A DNA stretch of 44,154 bases, taken from IMG/VR virus record IMGVR_UViG_3300033513_000018, positions 1-44,154 of that record; one strand, written 5' to 3'. The notes under the pieces were generated by a model. The model was not told the DNA's origin. It searched no databases and saw only the letters and a list, made by a program, of their open reading frames with translations. Positions 1 through 9,238 of this stretch are shown here, piece after piece. The translations under genes and the position numbers were made by a program. The stretch comes from a virus (Duplodnaviria > Caudoviricetes). The number at the start of each line of letters is the position of its first letter. Position 1 is the first letter of the stretch.

Positions 1-984
1 GTGGGGGCGATCACGGCCCGCGGCGGGCCAGGGGTGGTGCTGGGGAGTGTGGCGGTTGGCCCGGCGGCGGTGGGGGCGGTGGCGGCGGTGACTGCGCCGG
101 TGGTGGGGTTGGGGAGCCTGGCGATTGGTCCGGCAGTGTCGGTGGCCATTGCGGCGGCGGGGGGCGGAACGGTAGTGCTGGGGAGTCTGGCGCTTGCGCC
201 GGTGGCGGGGGGGGCGATCACGGCCAGCGGCGGGCCGGATGTGATTCTGGGGAGTGTGGCGGTTGGTCCGGCGGCGGTGGGGGCAGTGGCGGCGACGAGT
301 GCGCCGACCGTGGTGTTGGGGAGTATCGCGGTAGAGCCCGGCGCGGTAGGGGCGATTACGGCGACGACGGGGGGGGCGGTGGTGCTGGGGAGTCTGGCGC
401 TGAGCCCAGGTGCGGGAACGGTGGTGGTCAGCGTGGCGGGGCCGGGGGTGGTGCTGGGATCGGTGAGTGTGACGCCGGTGGCCGGGTATGCGGTGGGCAC
501 CAGGTCGGGGCCGGGGGTGGTGCTGGGGAGTCTGGCGCTGAGCCCGACAGCGTCGGTTGCGGTAGTGGCCAGCGCGGGCGGGCTGGTCGTCACATCGAGT
601 GTGTGGATCACGCCAGACGTGGGCACGGTCGTGGCGGGCGTGACAGGGCCGACGGTGGTGCTGGGGAGTCTGGCGCTGAGCCCGGGTGCGGGAACGGTGG
701 TGGCCAGCGTGGCGGGGCCGGGGGTGGTGCTGGGCTCGATCACGATTGCGCCGGCAGCCAGGTCGGCCGTGGCAGTCACAGTCGGGCCGATTGTGGTGCT
801 GAGTGTCCTGGTGGCGGTCACTGGGTACATTGATCGGGAGCGAAGCGTTACGGGGTGTATTGATCAGCAGCGGGCGATTACGGTGTACGTTGATCAGTCG
901 GTGAGTAGAACGGCGTACATCGATCGGCAAGTTGATGAGACGGGGTACATTGATCGGGAGCGGAGTATCACGGGGTACATTTGA
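1..984 (+). CDS. Repetitive Gly/Val/Ala-rich virion structural protein (5'-truncated); ~27-aa GPxVVLGSLAxxP repeats and C-terminal (G/A)YIDxxxxxT repeats
   Basis: ORF open from the window edge, with obvious internal repeats, located among head/neck genes. Confidence 0.6.
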   Translation: MGAITARGGPGVVLGSVAVGPAAVGAVAAVTAPVVGLGSLAIGPAVSVAIAAAGGGTVVLGSLALAPVAGGAITASGGPDVILGSVAVGPAAVGAVAATSAPTVVLGSIAVEPGAVGAITATTGGAVVLGSLALSPGAGTVVVSVAGPGVVLGSVSVTPVAGYAVGTRSGPGVVLGSLALSPTASVAVVASAGGLVVTSSVWITPDVGTVVAGVTGPTVVLGSLALSPGAGTVVASVAGPGVVLGSITIAPAARSAVAVTVGPIVVLSVLVAVTGYIDRERSVTGCIDQQRAITVYVDQSVSRTAYIDRQVDETGYIDRERSITGYI

Positions 985-1292
985 TGGCAGCGAATGAGGT
1001 GCATCTGAATGACGTCGGGACCGTCTTCGTGGTGACGGTCAAAGATGATACGACGGCCGTGGACATCAGCGCCGCGACGACGAAGCAGATCATTTTCATG
1101 GCGCCTGATGGGGGGAAGCTGACGAAGGCGGCGACATTCACGACGAACGGGACGGACGGGAAGATGCAATGGACGACAGTCGCCAATGATCTGGACGAGC
1201 CAGGAACGTGGAAGATCCAGGGGAAGGTTGTTTTGACGGCCGGGACCTGGTACACGGACATCAGTACGTTCGTGGTGGAGGGGAATCTGTAA
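984..1292 (+). CDS. BppU-N-like virion protein
   Basis: Pattern DVGTVFVVTVKD..VDIS..DGKMQW..DLDEPGTWKIQGKV resembles the BppU N-terminal domain; coupled to the upstream stop. Confidence 0.55.
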   Translation: MAANEVHLNDVGTVFVVTVKDDTTAVDISAATTKQIIFMAPDGGKLTKAATFTTNGTDGKMQWTTVANDLDEPGTWKIQGKVVLTAGTWYTDISTFVVEGNL

Positions 1293-2125
1293 TGCCATAC
1301 TGTACGCTGGCAGAGTTGAAGGCGTATTTGGGGACACGGAATTCGGATACGTTCACGGCGAGCGCGACGACGGATGCGTTGACGCTGACGAATCCGAGGA
1401 TTACGTGGACGACGGGGGACGAGGTGGTATTGACCACGACGGGGACATTGCCAGCGGGATTGGCGGTGAGCACCACATACTATGTGATCGTGGTGACGGA
1501 TCTGACGATCAAGTTGGCGGCGACGTCATCGAGCGCGACGGCTGGGACGGCGATTGACATCACGACGGTGGGGACGGGGACGCACACGATCACGCGGGCG
1601 GCGACGGATGAGGATCTGCTGCAGGACGCGATTGACGATGCGGTGTCGTACATTGAGAGCCAGACGGGGAAAACATTCGAGGCCTCGGCATCGACGACCA
1701 GGTACTACCGGCAGGATGCGGTGGATTATCTGACGCTGTACCTGGACAAGGATCTGCTGACGTGCACGAAGCTGGTGGAGGGGGACGCGGACAATACGGA
1801 GATTACGACCGGGAATTATTGGTTGTTGCCACGCAATGAGGGCCCTCCATATCGTAGGATTGAGTTGAAGGCGGATAGCGATTATTCTTTCGATTGGGAG
1901 ACGGATGGGGAGATCGAGGTGACGGGGACGTGGGGATTCAGTACGACGGCGCCGAATGACATCCGGCGGGCGGCGTTGGTGCTGGCGGCGTATCTGTATC
2001 GGCAGAAGGATAGCCAGGTGTGGGATGTGGTGGCGGTGCCAGAGGCGGGGATCATTACGGTGCCGCAGGGGATCCCGGCGACGGTGAAGCGGATCATTGG
2101 GAAGTATCAGAGTCCGATGGAGTGA
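1292..2125 (+). CDS. Head-tail connector (gp6/gp15-like) with inserted beta domain
   Basis: N-terminal MPYCTLAELKAYLG, then DEDLLQDAIDDAVSYIE and VTGTWGF..PNDIRRAALVLAAYLY; TAATG overlap at 1292. Confidence 0.75.
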   Translation: MPYCTLAELKAYLGTRNSDTFTASATTDALTLTNPRITWTTGDEVVLTTTGTLPAGLAVSTTYYVIVVTDLTIKLAATSSSATAGTAIDITTVGTGTHTITRAATDEDLLQDAIDDAVSYIESQTGKTFEASASTTRYYRQDAVDYLTLYLDKDLLTCTKLVEGDADNTEITTGNYWLLPRNEGPPYRRIELKADSDYSFDWETDGEIEVTGTWGFSTTAPNDIRRAALVLAAYLYRQKDSQVWDVVAVPEAGIITVPQGIPATVKRIIGKYQSPME

Positions 2126-2151
2126 GATTCCTCGCCAGGCTCGGAATGACA
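2124..2151. repeat. REP-like palindromic element GAGATTCCTCG-CCAGG-CTCGGAATGACA
   Basis: Reverse complement TGTCATTCCGAG..CGAGGAATCTC resembles a widespread bacterial intergenic repeat; single copy here. Confidence 0.45.
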
Positions 2152-2157
2152 AGCGGG

Positions 2158-2185
2158 GGTTCCGAGTAGGCGGGTTATCGGAAGT
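2158..2185 (+). other. dif-like site 1: GGTTCCGAGTA ggcggg TTATCGGAAGT
   Basis: 11-6-11 imperfect inverted repeat recurring through the window. Confidence 0.75.
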
Positions 2186-2221
2186 GAAACGTGAAGCGTG
2201 AAACGTGAGGGGATGGAGTAG

Positions 2222-2677
2222 GTGGCGACGGAGAAGGAACGGATCATCAAGTTACAGGGAATCAATGCGCTGATTGCGGGGGTGCGATCGGCACCTCCTG
2301 AGATGCCGGGGGCGTTGACATCGGAAATGCTGCCGTGCGCGTTGACGTATCCGGGGCCGGGGACGCATTCGGTGCCGTTCTACTCCGGGAGGCGGACGGA
2401 CCGGATTTACGTGGTGCGGCTCTACGTGCAGCCGGTGGGCCAAGGGGAGGGGGTGGACGCGGGGTTCCAGGTGTGCTTGCCGTTCCTTGATTCGTTCCCG
2501 GATGAGTACCATACGACGACGATCATCGCGCCGGCGGATGAGACGTGGCAGGAGTTGGACTGCGAGAATGACACGGGGGTGCGGGCGGACCTCACGTTGC
2601 ATGGGGCACCTGGTGGTCAGACATATTGGGGAATCGTGTTCTCAGTGCGGATCAAGGTGAAGGCGGCGGTAGTGTGA
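2222..2677 (+). CDS. Putative tail terminator/completion protein
   Basis: 151 aa; lies between the connector and tail tube genes. Confidence 0.5.
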   Translation: MATEKERIIKLQGINALIAGVRSAPPEMPGALTSEMLPCALTYPGPGTHSVPFYSGRRTDRIYVVRLYVQPVGQGEGVDAGFQVCLPFLDSFPDEYHTTTIIAPADETWQELDCENDTGVRADLTLHGAPGGQTYWGIVFSVRIKVKAAVV

Positions 2678-3312
2678 TGAGGGTCCTGGTGTTCTGCCCG
2701 ACCAATGAGTTGTTTGGGGTGACGCTGCAGAGTATTTTTCGGCTGGAGTGGGACGGGCCGCTGGATATTTGGTTCGGGCGGGATAACCCGTACGGGGACC
2801 GAGTCAAGGACATCATTTACAGTTATGAACGCGGCCGGCAGGTGTTCATGGCCGGCGCGTGGGAGGCGATGCTGACGGTGGAGTCAGATATGGTGGTGCC
2901 GCCGAATGCGCTGCGGCGGCTGGTGGAGACGGGGGCGGACGTGGCGTACGGGCTGTATTGCTGGCGGGATCAGCCGGGGTGGAATGCGTATGTGGAGGTG
3001 AGGGAGGAGGGGTGGCCAGGGCATTCGATTACGGAGGAGCCAGATCGAGCGCGGGAGGGGTGGGGCCAGGTTATTGAGGTGACCGGCTTGGGGTTCGGGT
3101 GCACGCTGATCCGGCGGCCGGTGTTGGAGGCGGTGGAGTTCCACCTCGATGATGAGCAGGTGCCCGATTCGATGCTGGCCAGGGAGGCGATCCGACAGGG
3201 TTGGACGCAGAGGTGCGATTTGAATGTGGTATGTGGGCACGTGCAGCGGCCGATGTGGGTGCTGTGGCCGGATCTGATGGCGGAGGGGATGAGGCGGAGG
3301 ACACGGCTTTAA
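2677..3312 (+). CDS. Glycosyltransferase family 2-like protein
   Basis: MRVLVFCPT start, ESD (DxD-like) motif in TVESDMVVPPNAL, and GLGFGCTLIRRPVLE, typical of phage GT-A folds. Confidence 0.7.
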   Translation: MRVLVFCPTNELFGVTLQSIFRLEWDGPLDIWFGRDNPYGDRVKDIIYSYERGRQVFMAGAWEAMLTVESDMVVPPNALRRLVETGADVAYGLYCWRDQPGWNAYVEVREEGWPGHSITEEPDRAREGWGQVIEVTGLGFGCTLIRRPVLEAVEFHLDDEQVPDSMLAREAIRQGWTQRCDLNVVCGHVQRPMWVLWPDLMAEGMRRRTRL

Positions 3313-3335
3313 CCATGGATGGGGAGATACACGAT

Positions 3336-3590
3336 ATGACGAAGCGGCGAAAGGCGATTGCGATGGCGGGGGATGAGGTGCCGGTGATCCCGCAGGATCC
3401 CAGTACGGGACGGGATGTGCAGGCGCTGGTGGGGGTGGCATTCGTGTACGTGGGGCCGGGCTGGGCGCCAGGGGTGCCGGCGCGGAATCTGATGGCGGAG
3501 GAAGTGGAAGGGATCGGGCGGGAGAGGATTCGCAGGCTGCGGAGCCCGCACACGGGGGAGCCGCTATACATTGAGATCAGTGACCAGTGA
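3336..3590 (+). CDS. Hypothetical small protein
   Basis: ORF with GGAG upstream, filling the gap before the tail tube gene. Confidence 0.5.
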   Translation: MTKRRKAIAMAGDEVPVIPQDPSTGRDVQALVGVAFVYVGPGWAPGVPARNLMAEEVEGIGRERIRRLRSPHTGEPLYIEISDQ

Positions 3591-3610
3591 TCAGGGATTA
3601 GGAGGTTGAG

Positions 3611-4642
3611 ATGGCTGGTGAGAGGGTTCTGCACAAGATTCAGTATGGGAAGGAAACGAACCACGGGACGGCGGTGGTGGCGGATACGATGCTGCTGGGC
3701 GAGGTGACGCTGCCTGATTCGGACCGGACGGTCATCATCCCCGGGTTCGGGACGGGGGAACGGATCCCGGGGCAGTTGAACTCGGCGTTCGTGCGGCGGA
3801 TTCTGGCGAACGGGGTGCGGTTCGCGACGCCGGCGGACCGGGGCGGGCTGTATTATCAGTTGTTGCCGCTGATCTGGTCGGCGAGCATCGTGGGGGCTGT
3901 GTCACCGGCGGCGCAGACGTCGGGGCAGAGTGACTATCTGTGGACGCACGCGGTGCCGTTGAGCGCGGTGGAGACGATAGATTCATTCACGCTGGAGGCG
4001 GGCGACGATGCGCGGGCGTACGAGCTGGCGTACTGTATGTGTCCAGAATGGGAGCTGGCCGGGAACGCGGATAGCGGGGAGGTGACGCTATCGGCGACGC
4101 TGTTCGGGGATCAGATTGCGGCGACGACATTCACGAACTCGCTCACAGCGCCGTCAGCCACGTACGTGATTGGGAAGCTGGCAAAACTATACGTCAATGC
4201 ATCGTGGGCAACGCTGGGCAACACGGAATTCGAGGCCACCCTGCTGGACTGGCAGGTGTCGTTCAAGGGCGGGGTACATCCGAAGCTGCGCGGATCGGGG
4301 CAGCGAGTGTTGGACAGCCACGGGCAGGGGGAGGTCGAGGTGACGCTGAGCCTGGGGCTGGAGCGGACGACAGCAGTGGCGGCGGAGGAGGATTATTTTC
4401 TGGCGAGTACGGTGACGCCACGGTTCGTGCGGCTGGAGATTGACAGCGGGATTGACATCGCGGGGACGACCACCCATCACAAGATTACGTTGGATTTCGC
4501 CGGGGCGTGGGTGGCGTGGCAACCGTTCGGGAAGGATCAGGACGGGAATAATTTGAACGTGGCGACGCTGCGGGTGGGGAAGGATGCGACGGGGAGTCAA
4601 TCGTTCACGGCGAAGGTGATTACGAATGTGGCGTCCATTTAA
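3611..4642 (+). CDS. Major tail tube protein
   Basis: 343 aa; KIQYGKETNHGTAV N-terminus, SFTLEAGDD motif, strong RBS; precedes chaperone and tape measure genes. Confidence 0.75.
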   Translation: MAGERVLHKIQYGKETNHGTAVVADTMLLGEVTLPDSDRTVIIPGFGTGERIPGQLNSAFVRRILANGVRFATPADRGGLYYQLLPLIWSASIVGAVSPAAQTSGQSDYLWTHAVPLSAVETIDSFTLEAGDDARAYELAYCMCPEWELAGNADSGEVTLSATLFGDQIAATTFTNSLTAPSATYVIGKLAKLYVNASWATLGNTEFEATLLDWQVSFKGGVHPKLRGSGQRVLDSHGQGEVEVTLSLGLERTTAVAAEEDYFLASTVTPRFVRLEIDSGIDIAGTTTHHKITLDFAGAWVAWQPFGKDQDGNNLNVATLRVGKDATGSQSFTAKVITNVASI

Positions 4643-4708
4643 GAGGAACGCGGATGAACGCGGACAAACGCGGATGAACGCAGATCGGAAGGATTGGAGG
4701 GGGGAGAG

Positions 4709-5176
4709 ATGGATCTGGTTGGACAACTGAGAAGTATCGTGGTGAAAACCACATTGGACCTGTCGGAGCTGGAGGCGTCGTACCGGGGGCCGGAGGGGCC
4801 GCTGATGCTGGAGTTTCGGCTGAATTGGACGCGGGGGCAGAAGGAGAGGCAGCGGGCGCTGCAAGTGGAGACACTGGAGTTGCAGCGGCAGTACGCGCGG
4901 CTGAAGGACCTGGCGGATGATGAGGCGGCGTGGGAGAAGGCGCGCCAAGAGGCGGACGCCAGCAGCGAGGTCAATATGCGGCACTGGGCGGAGTGGTGGG
5001 GGGGGATTCTACTGATCACCACGGAGGAGGTGCTGGCGCTGATGGATGCGATCCCGGAGAACCACTGGACGTGGATCACGATGGAGGTGGCGCGGCGGGC
5101 GATGGAGTATGAGGAGAGCCAGGTAAAAAAAGCAGGCGGGCCGCGTTCACGTATTTCAGAAAAACCTCAAGCGTAG
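4709..5176 (+). CDS. Tail assembly chaperone (G-like)
   Basis: Between tail tube and TMP; A7 slippery tract at 5125-5131. Confidence 0.7.
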   Translation: MDLVGQLRSIVVKTTLDLSELEASYRGPEGPLMLEFRLNWTRGQKERQRALQVETLELQRQYARLKDLADDEAAWEKARQEADASSEVNMRHWAEWWGGILLITTEEVLALMDAIPENHWTWITMEVARRAMEYEESQVKKAGGPRSRISEKPQA

Positions 5177-5334
5177 CGCCGGCGGTGTGGCAGCGGGCAC
5201 GATTGGCGCGGTGGTTGAACGCGGCCTGCGGAACATCGCATTTCCATATCTGGAACGTGGGCGAGGTGCCAGACGTGGACGTGCGATGTTTGATAGAGGC
5301 GATGGAGTTGGAGGGGGAGTTTGGGTTCCGATAA
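5131..5334 (+). CDS. -1 frameshift extension of tail chaperone (GT-like), SRRAAFTYFRK...LEGEFGFR*
   Basis: The -1 frame from A AAA AAA stays open for 67 codons to TAA at 5332-5334 and has no own start or RBS. Confidence 0.65.
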   Translation, partial: SRRAAFTYFRKTSSVAPAVWQRARLARWLNAACGTSHFHIWNVGEVPDVDVRCLIEAMELEGEFGFR

Positions 5335-5351
5335 GGAAGGTAGTGGGAAGT
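5324..5351 (-). other. dif-like site 2 (reverse): GGTTCCGATAA ggaagg TAGTGGGAAGT
   Basis: Matches consensus; contains the stop codon of the frameshift product. Confidence 0.65.
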
Positions 5352-5506
5352 AAATGAGGAATGGGTAGATGAGGAATGGGTAGATGAGGAACGGGAAGGC
5401 GCAATCCGTTGTGCGTGCGATCGAAGGAATGGGACTCAGCTCACTGGCGATCTCCCCGGTTTTGGGGGCGTTTTGCAGGTTTCTATTGTAGGGAACGGGT
5501 CAAACG

Positions 5507-7267
5507 ATGGCGCAGAACGCGGTTGAGATTCTAATCAATCTGAAAAAGAGCGGCACCGGGGCGAAGCAGGCCGACGATGAGCTGCAGGGCGTGCAAAAGA
5601 CTGCGAAGGCTGTAGGGACGGCCTTGGCGGCGATGGCGACGATCGGGACGGTGAAGGCGCTGCACGAATTCGCGCGGTTGGGGGCGGAGAGTATTCGGAC
5701 GCGGAATGCGTTCACGGCGATCAGCGGCGGGGCGGATCAGGCCTCGGCGCGGCTGGAGGCGATGCAGCGGGCAACGCGGGGGGCGATCTCGGAGCAGCAG
5801 GCGATGGCGGTGGCCAGCCGGTTGATGCAGATGGGGCTGGCGTCGAATGCGGGTGAGTTGGAAAAGATCGCGGGGATGGCCGTGCGGCTAGGCTCGGCGA
5901 TGGGGAAGGATGCGGCTGGCAGTATCGAAGAGTTTGCGATGATGCTGGCCAACCAGTCCATCCCCAGGCTGGATACGTTTGGGATCTCATCGAGCAAGGT
6001 GCGCTCGCGAATGGAGGAGTTGCGGGCGACGACGGCGGGGATGACGCGGGAAGCGGCATTCATGGCGGCGGTGACGGAGCAGGGAGCGGCCGCGATGGAG
6101 CGGTTGGGGCCGGCGGTGGAAGATGAGGCGCTGGCATTCGAGAGGCTGGACGCGCAGATTGCGGATTCAAAGGCGGCGCTGGCGGAGCAGTTGGCGCCAG
6201 CGTGGGCGGATTTTCTAGGGCTGATGAATCGGGGGATTGAGGAGGCTGGAGGGTGGGGAACACGGTTAAAGCAATTCTGGGGGGGGCTGGCGGCGGGGGC
6301 ATTGAATATGGTGGGGGCGAAGGATTCAGCGCTGGGGTTGTTGAATTCGATGGGATTGCTGGACCAGGGGATACAGTATGTGACGAGTACGTCTAGGGAC
6401 GCGGGGGCGGCGCTTGATGGGGCGGGGGCGGCGATGGCAAGAAACCAGGCGGCGGCGGACCTGGCGGCCGGTGCGCAGTATAATCTTGCGACGGCGGCGG
6501 GGACGGTGGCCACGAAATTCGGCGAAATGAAGTTCGATGACGAAACCTTGTGGAAGATGGCAGCGGCCAGCGGGGCGTCGTTAGAGTCGCTGGGGCAGTT
6601 GGCCCAAATATTGGGAATTGCGAATCAGGCGGAGATTGAGAGTACGGTCCAGGCATATAAGAATGTGGAGGCGTTTGCGGCGGGGGAAATGAGCGCATAC
6701 GATCTGGCGGCCGGGAACACGGACTTGAGGCTGGCGACAGAAAAAGCGACGGAAGCGGCGAAGAAGGAAGAAAGAGCCAATGCGCTGTTGGGACGGAATT
6801 TGCCAGAGGTTGCGCGGCGAACGCTGGGGTTGGCTCGGAATACGGAGACGCTGGGGACGAATATGGATACGGTGAATCGAATGGGGATAGCGGTGGTTGA
6901 CACTCTGAATTCAATCCCTGAGACTATAACTATCCATATCCGATACGAGACCGAGGGGAATCCTCCCGTCTTCCCAGCTGGCACTGGTGGTGGGGGCACT
7001 GGGGGGGGCGGCCGCAGGCAATGGGGTGGACGGACGTGGGGGGGAGCGGTGTGGCTGGGAGAGGGGGGACCCGAGTTGGCGGTGCTGCCGCGCGGGACGG
7101 AGGTGGTGCCGGCGTGGCGGACGCGGGAGGTGGTGCGACAGAGTGTGGATCAGCGGAGTTGGAGCCGGGGGGGGGATACGTTCGTGCTGCAGGACCCGCT
7201 GGCGGTGGCGATGGTGCTGGAGGAGCGGCGGCGCTCGATTGACCGGCGGCTGAGCCGGGGATTCTGA
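5507..7267 (+). CDS. Tape measure protein
   Basis: 586 aa Ala-rich helical protein with C-terminal GGAVWLGEGGPELAVLPRG motif. Confidence 0.85.
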   Translation: MAQNAVEILINLKKSGTGAKQADDELQGVQKTAKAVGTALAAMATIGTVKALHEFARLGAESIRTRNAFTAISGGADQASARLEAMQRATRGAISEQQAMAVASRLMQMGLASNAGELEKIAGMAVRLGSAMGKDAAGSIEEFAMMLANQSIPRLDTFGISSSKVRSRMEELRATTAGMTREAAFMAAVTEQGAAAMERLGPAVEDEALAFERLDAQIADSKAALAEQLAPAWADFLGLMNRGIEEAGGWGTRLKQFWGGLAAGALNMVGAKDSALGLLNSMGLLDQGIQYVTSTSRDAGAALDGAGAAMARNQAAADLAAGAQYNLATAAGTVATKFGEMKFDDETLWKMAAASGASLESLGQLAQILGIANQAEIESTVQAYKNVEAFAAGEMSAYDLAAGNTDLRLATEKATEAAKKEERANALLGRNLPEVARRTLGLARNTETLGTNMDTVNRMGIAVVDTLNSIPETITIHIRYETEGNPPVFPAGTGGGGTGGGGRRQWGGRTWGGAVWLGEGGPELAVLPRGTEVVPAWRTREVVRQSVDQRSWSRGGDTFVLQDPLAVAMVLEERRRSIDRRLSRGF

Positions 7268-7321
7268 GCGGGAACGCAGAGGAACGCAGACAAACGCAGA
7301 TGAACGCGGATGGATGGGATT

Positions 7322-7349
7322 GGGTCCGAGTATGCTTGTTATCGGAAGT
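7322..7349 (+). other. dif-like site 3: GGGTCCGAGTA tgcttg TTATCGGAAGT
   Basis: Consensus match, intergenic after TMP. Confidence 0.75.
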
Positions 7350-7383
7350 GAAGGAGGATGGGATGGGTGATGGGATGGGTAGG

Positions 7384-7830
7384 ATGAGGGTTTGGTTGTG
7401 TGTGGCGGCGCTGGTGATGGTGGCGGCGGTGCCAGGGTCGGGGGGTGTGGTGCACCAATACGTGGGGGAGGGGGAGGTGGTGGAGGTGTTCGCAACGGCG
7501 GAGGGGGGGGCGGCGATGGTGTTGTTGTTCGACCGATCACCAATCAATATGCGGGAGGTGATGTTGCGGTTGGTGTACGTGGCTGACGGGGGTGTGGTGG
7601 CGCACGAGGTGATGCTGCCATTTGTGAGCCGACCGCAGCAGGTGGTGGCCCGGGCCGGGGGGCTGTACGTGCATGTGGTGGTGCAGTGGCAAGAGACCGT
7701 TGATGGGTTGCCACAGGTGCATTATTACCGGTGGCAGTTGCCGAGCCGGGTGGTGAGGCCGGTATTTTTGCCGTTGGTGGGAGGTGGCAATGGCGCAGGT
7801 ATTGAAGCTGGCGCGGACTGGCTCGAGTGA
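7384..7830 (+). CDS. Secreted protein with signal peptide and VFLPLV motif
   Basis: N-terminal MRVWLCVAALVMVAAVP signal; near-C-terminal VFLPLV as seen in Chloroflexota surface proteins. Confidence 0.55.
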   Translation: MRVWLCVAALVMVAAVPGSGGVVHQYVGEGEVVEVFATAEGGAAMVLLFDRSPINMREVMLRLVYVADGGVVAHEVMLPFVSRPQQVVARAGGLYVHVVVQWQETVDGLPQVHYYRWQLPSRVVRPVFLPLVGGGNGAGIEAGADWLE

Positions 7831-9238
7831 CATCAGCCTGGTGAGCGCCTCGGGATGGTTTCTGACCGACCCGGGCTGGGTGCCCAAGATTGGGGATGAG
7901 TTTGGTTCGCCGTTGGAGGAGGTGCTGCAGATCCAGTCCAATTTTACGTCTCAGGACAACCTGGCGGCGGCGGTGGTGGCGCTGAATAAGGTCCGAACGT
8001 ACGCAGTGCGCTCGCTGAGCGACCGGCAAGAGGAGATTGTCTGGTTTCACGATAAGCTGAATTCGGAGACGGGTGAACGGCGGGCGGCGGCGCGTGCGAT
8101 AGCGCTGAAGCAGTTGGCGGAGGAACATGGGACTGGTGGGGCGGATACGGGGTCCATGATCAGCGCGGATGCGGCCTACGAGCTGGGCATTCAGCGGATG
8201 CCGTACTGGGAGCCGACGTCGGCGAGGAATATGCCGTATCTGGGCGCCGCTGGAAGCCCGGCAGCGGCGGTGGTGTACGATTATACAGCGGCGGGGGCGG
8301 CCGTGACGGCGCACGACATTGTGGGGGACGTGCCGGCGCGGATCGCGGGATTCACGATCACACCAAATAGTAACCTGGGGAAGGTGTGGATCGGGATACG
8401 GAGTGCGCGGAAGCACGGGGCGACGGGGTTGTCGAATTTTGCGCCAGTGTGGGAAATCGAGAACGGGTCGAATGGGACGGATGCGAACGACCAAGCGGAT
8501 GGCGATGCGAGTGGGGACGCGGTGGTGCGGGTAACGCCCGGGACGGCGACGTGGGCATTGCGGGCCACGGTGTATCTGAATGATGTGAGCGCGAATGAGG
8601 CGGATAATTTCGGCACGTATCTGTGGCTGTTGCGGTGCTGGGAGACGGCGGCCGGGAGTTGGGAGGTGCAGTGCCGGTTCGGGTATGGGCCGATGGATTC
8701 TGATGAGATGGTGCGAGGGCCGAAGCGGATCGTGGACTGGGGCACTACGAGTGCAGCGGGACAGTACATTGAGGTGGGAGTAGCATCAATCCCAATGCGT
8801 GACCTGCAAGGGATTACAACGACATTAATCAGCGCCGACGAGGAGAATGTGTGGTGTATTGAGATCTGGGCGAGACGCTTGACGGGGGCCAGCTCGCTAG
8901 ATCTGGATTGTCTGTGCCCTGTGCCGATTGATGAGGGTTGGCTCAAAGTTTGGGATATGGATCTGGCTGGGGGAGCATCAAACGAGTATTTTTATTATGC
9001 GGAAAGCCCTCTGGGGCGGGTGAGTGTGTGCACGGATGAGAGTGGGATGTCGCGGTTTCCGCCATTCGTGGCTCATCAATTCCGGCTACCGCCAGGGGAC
9101 GGGCGGATGATCATCGTGCCACAGGTGCATGACGGCGGGAACATTGATTCGATCAAGGTCAACGCAGGGGCAGGGGCCGGGTCATCGGATGACGGCAGGT
9201 ACTGCGAACGGTGGCTGAGTCTGCGGGGGGCGGAGTGA
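7790..9238 (+). CDS. Minor tail protein (distal tail-like)
   Basis: ~480 aa, beta-rich, downstream of TMP. Confidence 0.6.
   Translation: MAQVLKLARTGSSDISLVSASGWFLTDPGWVPKIGDEFGSPLEEVLQIQSNFTSQDNLAAAVVALNKVRTYAVRSLSDRQEEIVWFHDKLNSETGERRAAARAIALKQLAEEHGTGGADTGSMISADAAYELGIQRMPYWEPTSARNMPYLGAAGSPAAAVVYDYTAAGAAVTAHDIVGDVPARIAGFTITPNSNLGKVWIGIRSARKHGATGLSNFAPVWEIENGSNGTDANDQADGDASGDAVVRVTPGTATWALRATVYLNDVSANEADNFGTYLWLLRCWETAAGSWEVQCRFGYGPMDSDEMVRGPKRIVDWGTTSAAGQYIEVGVASIPMRDLQGITTTLISADEENVWCIEIWARRLTGASSLDLDCLCPVPIDEGWLKVWDMDLAGGASNEYFYYAESPLGRVSVCTDESGMSRFPPFVAHQFRLPPGDGRMIIVPQVHDGGNIDSIKVNAGAGAGSSDDGRYCERWLSLRGAE

Noticed and set aside
8978-9005. Extra dif-like site CGAGTA-N6-TTATG inside a tail gene
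   Set aside because: Outer TTCC/CGGAA register does not match; probably chance
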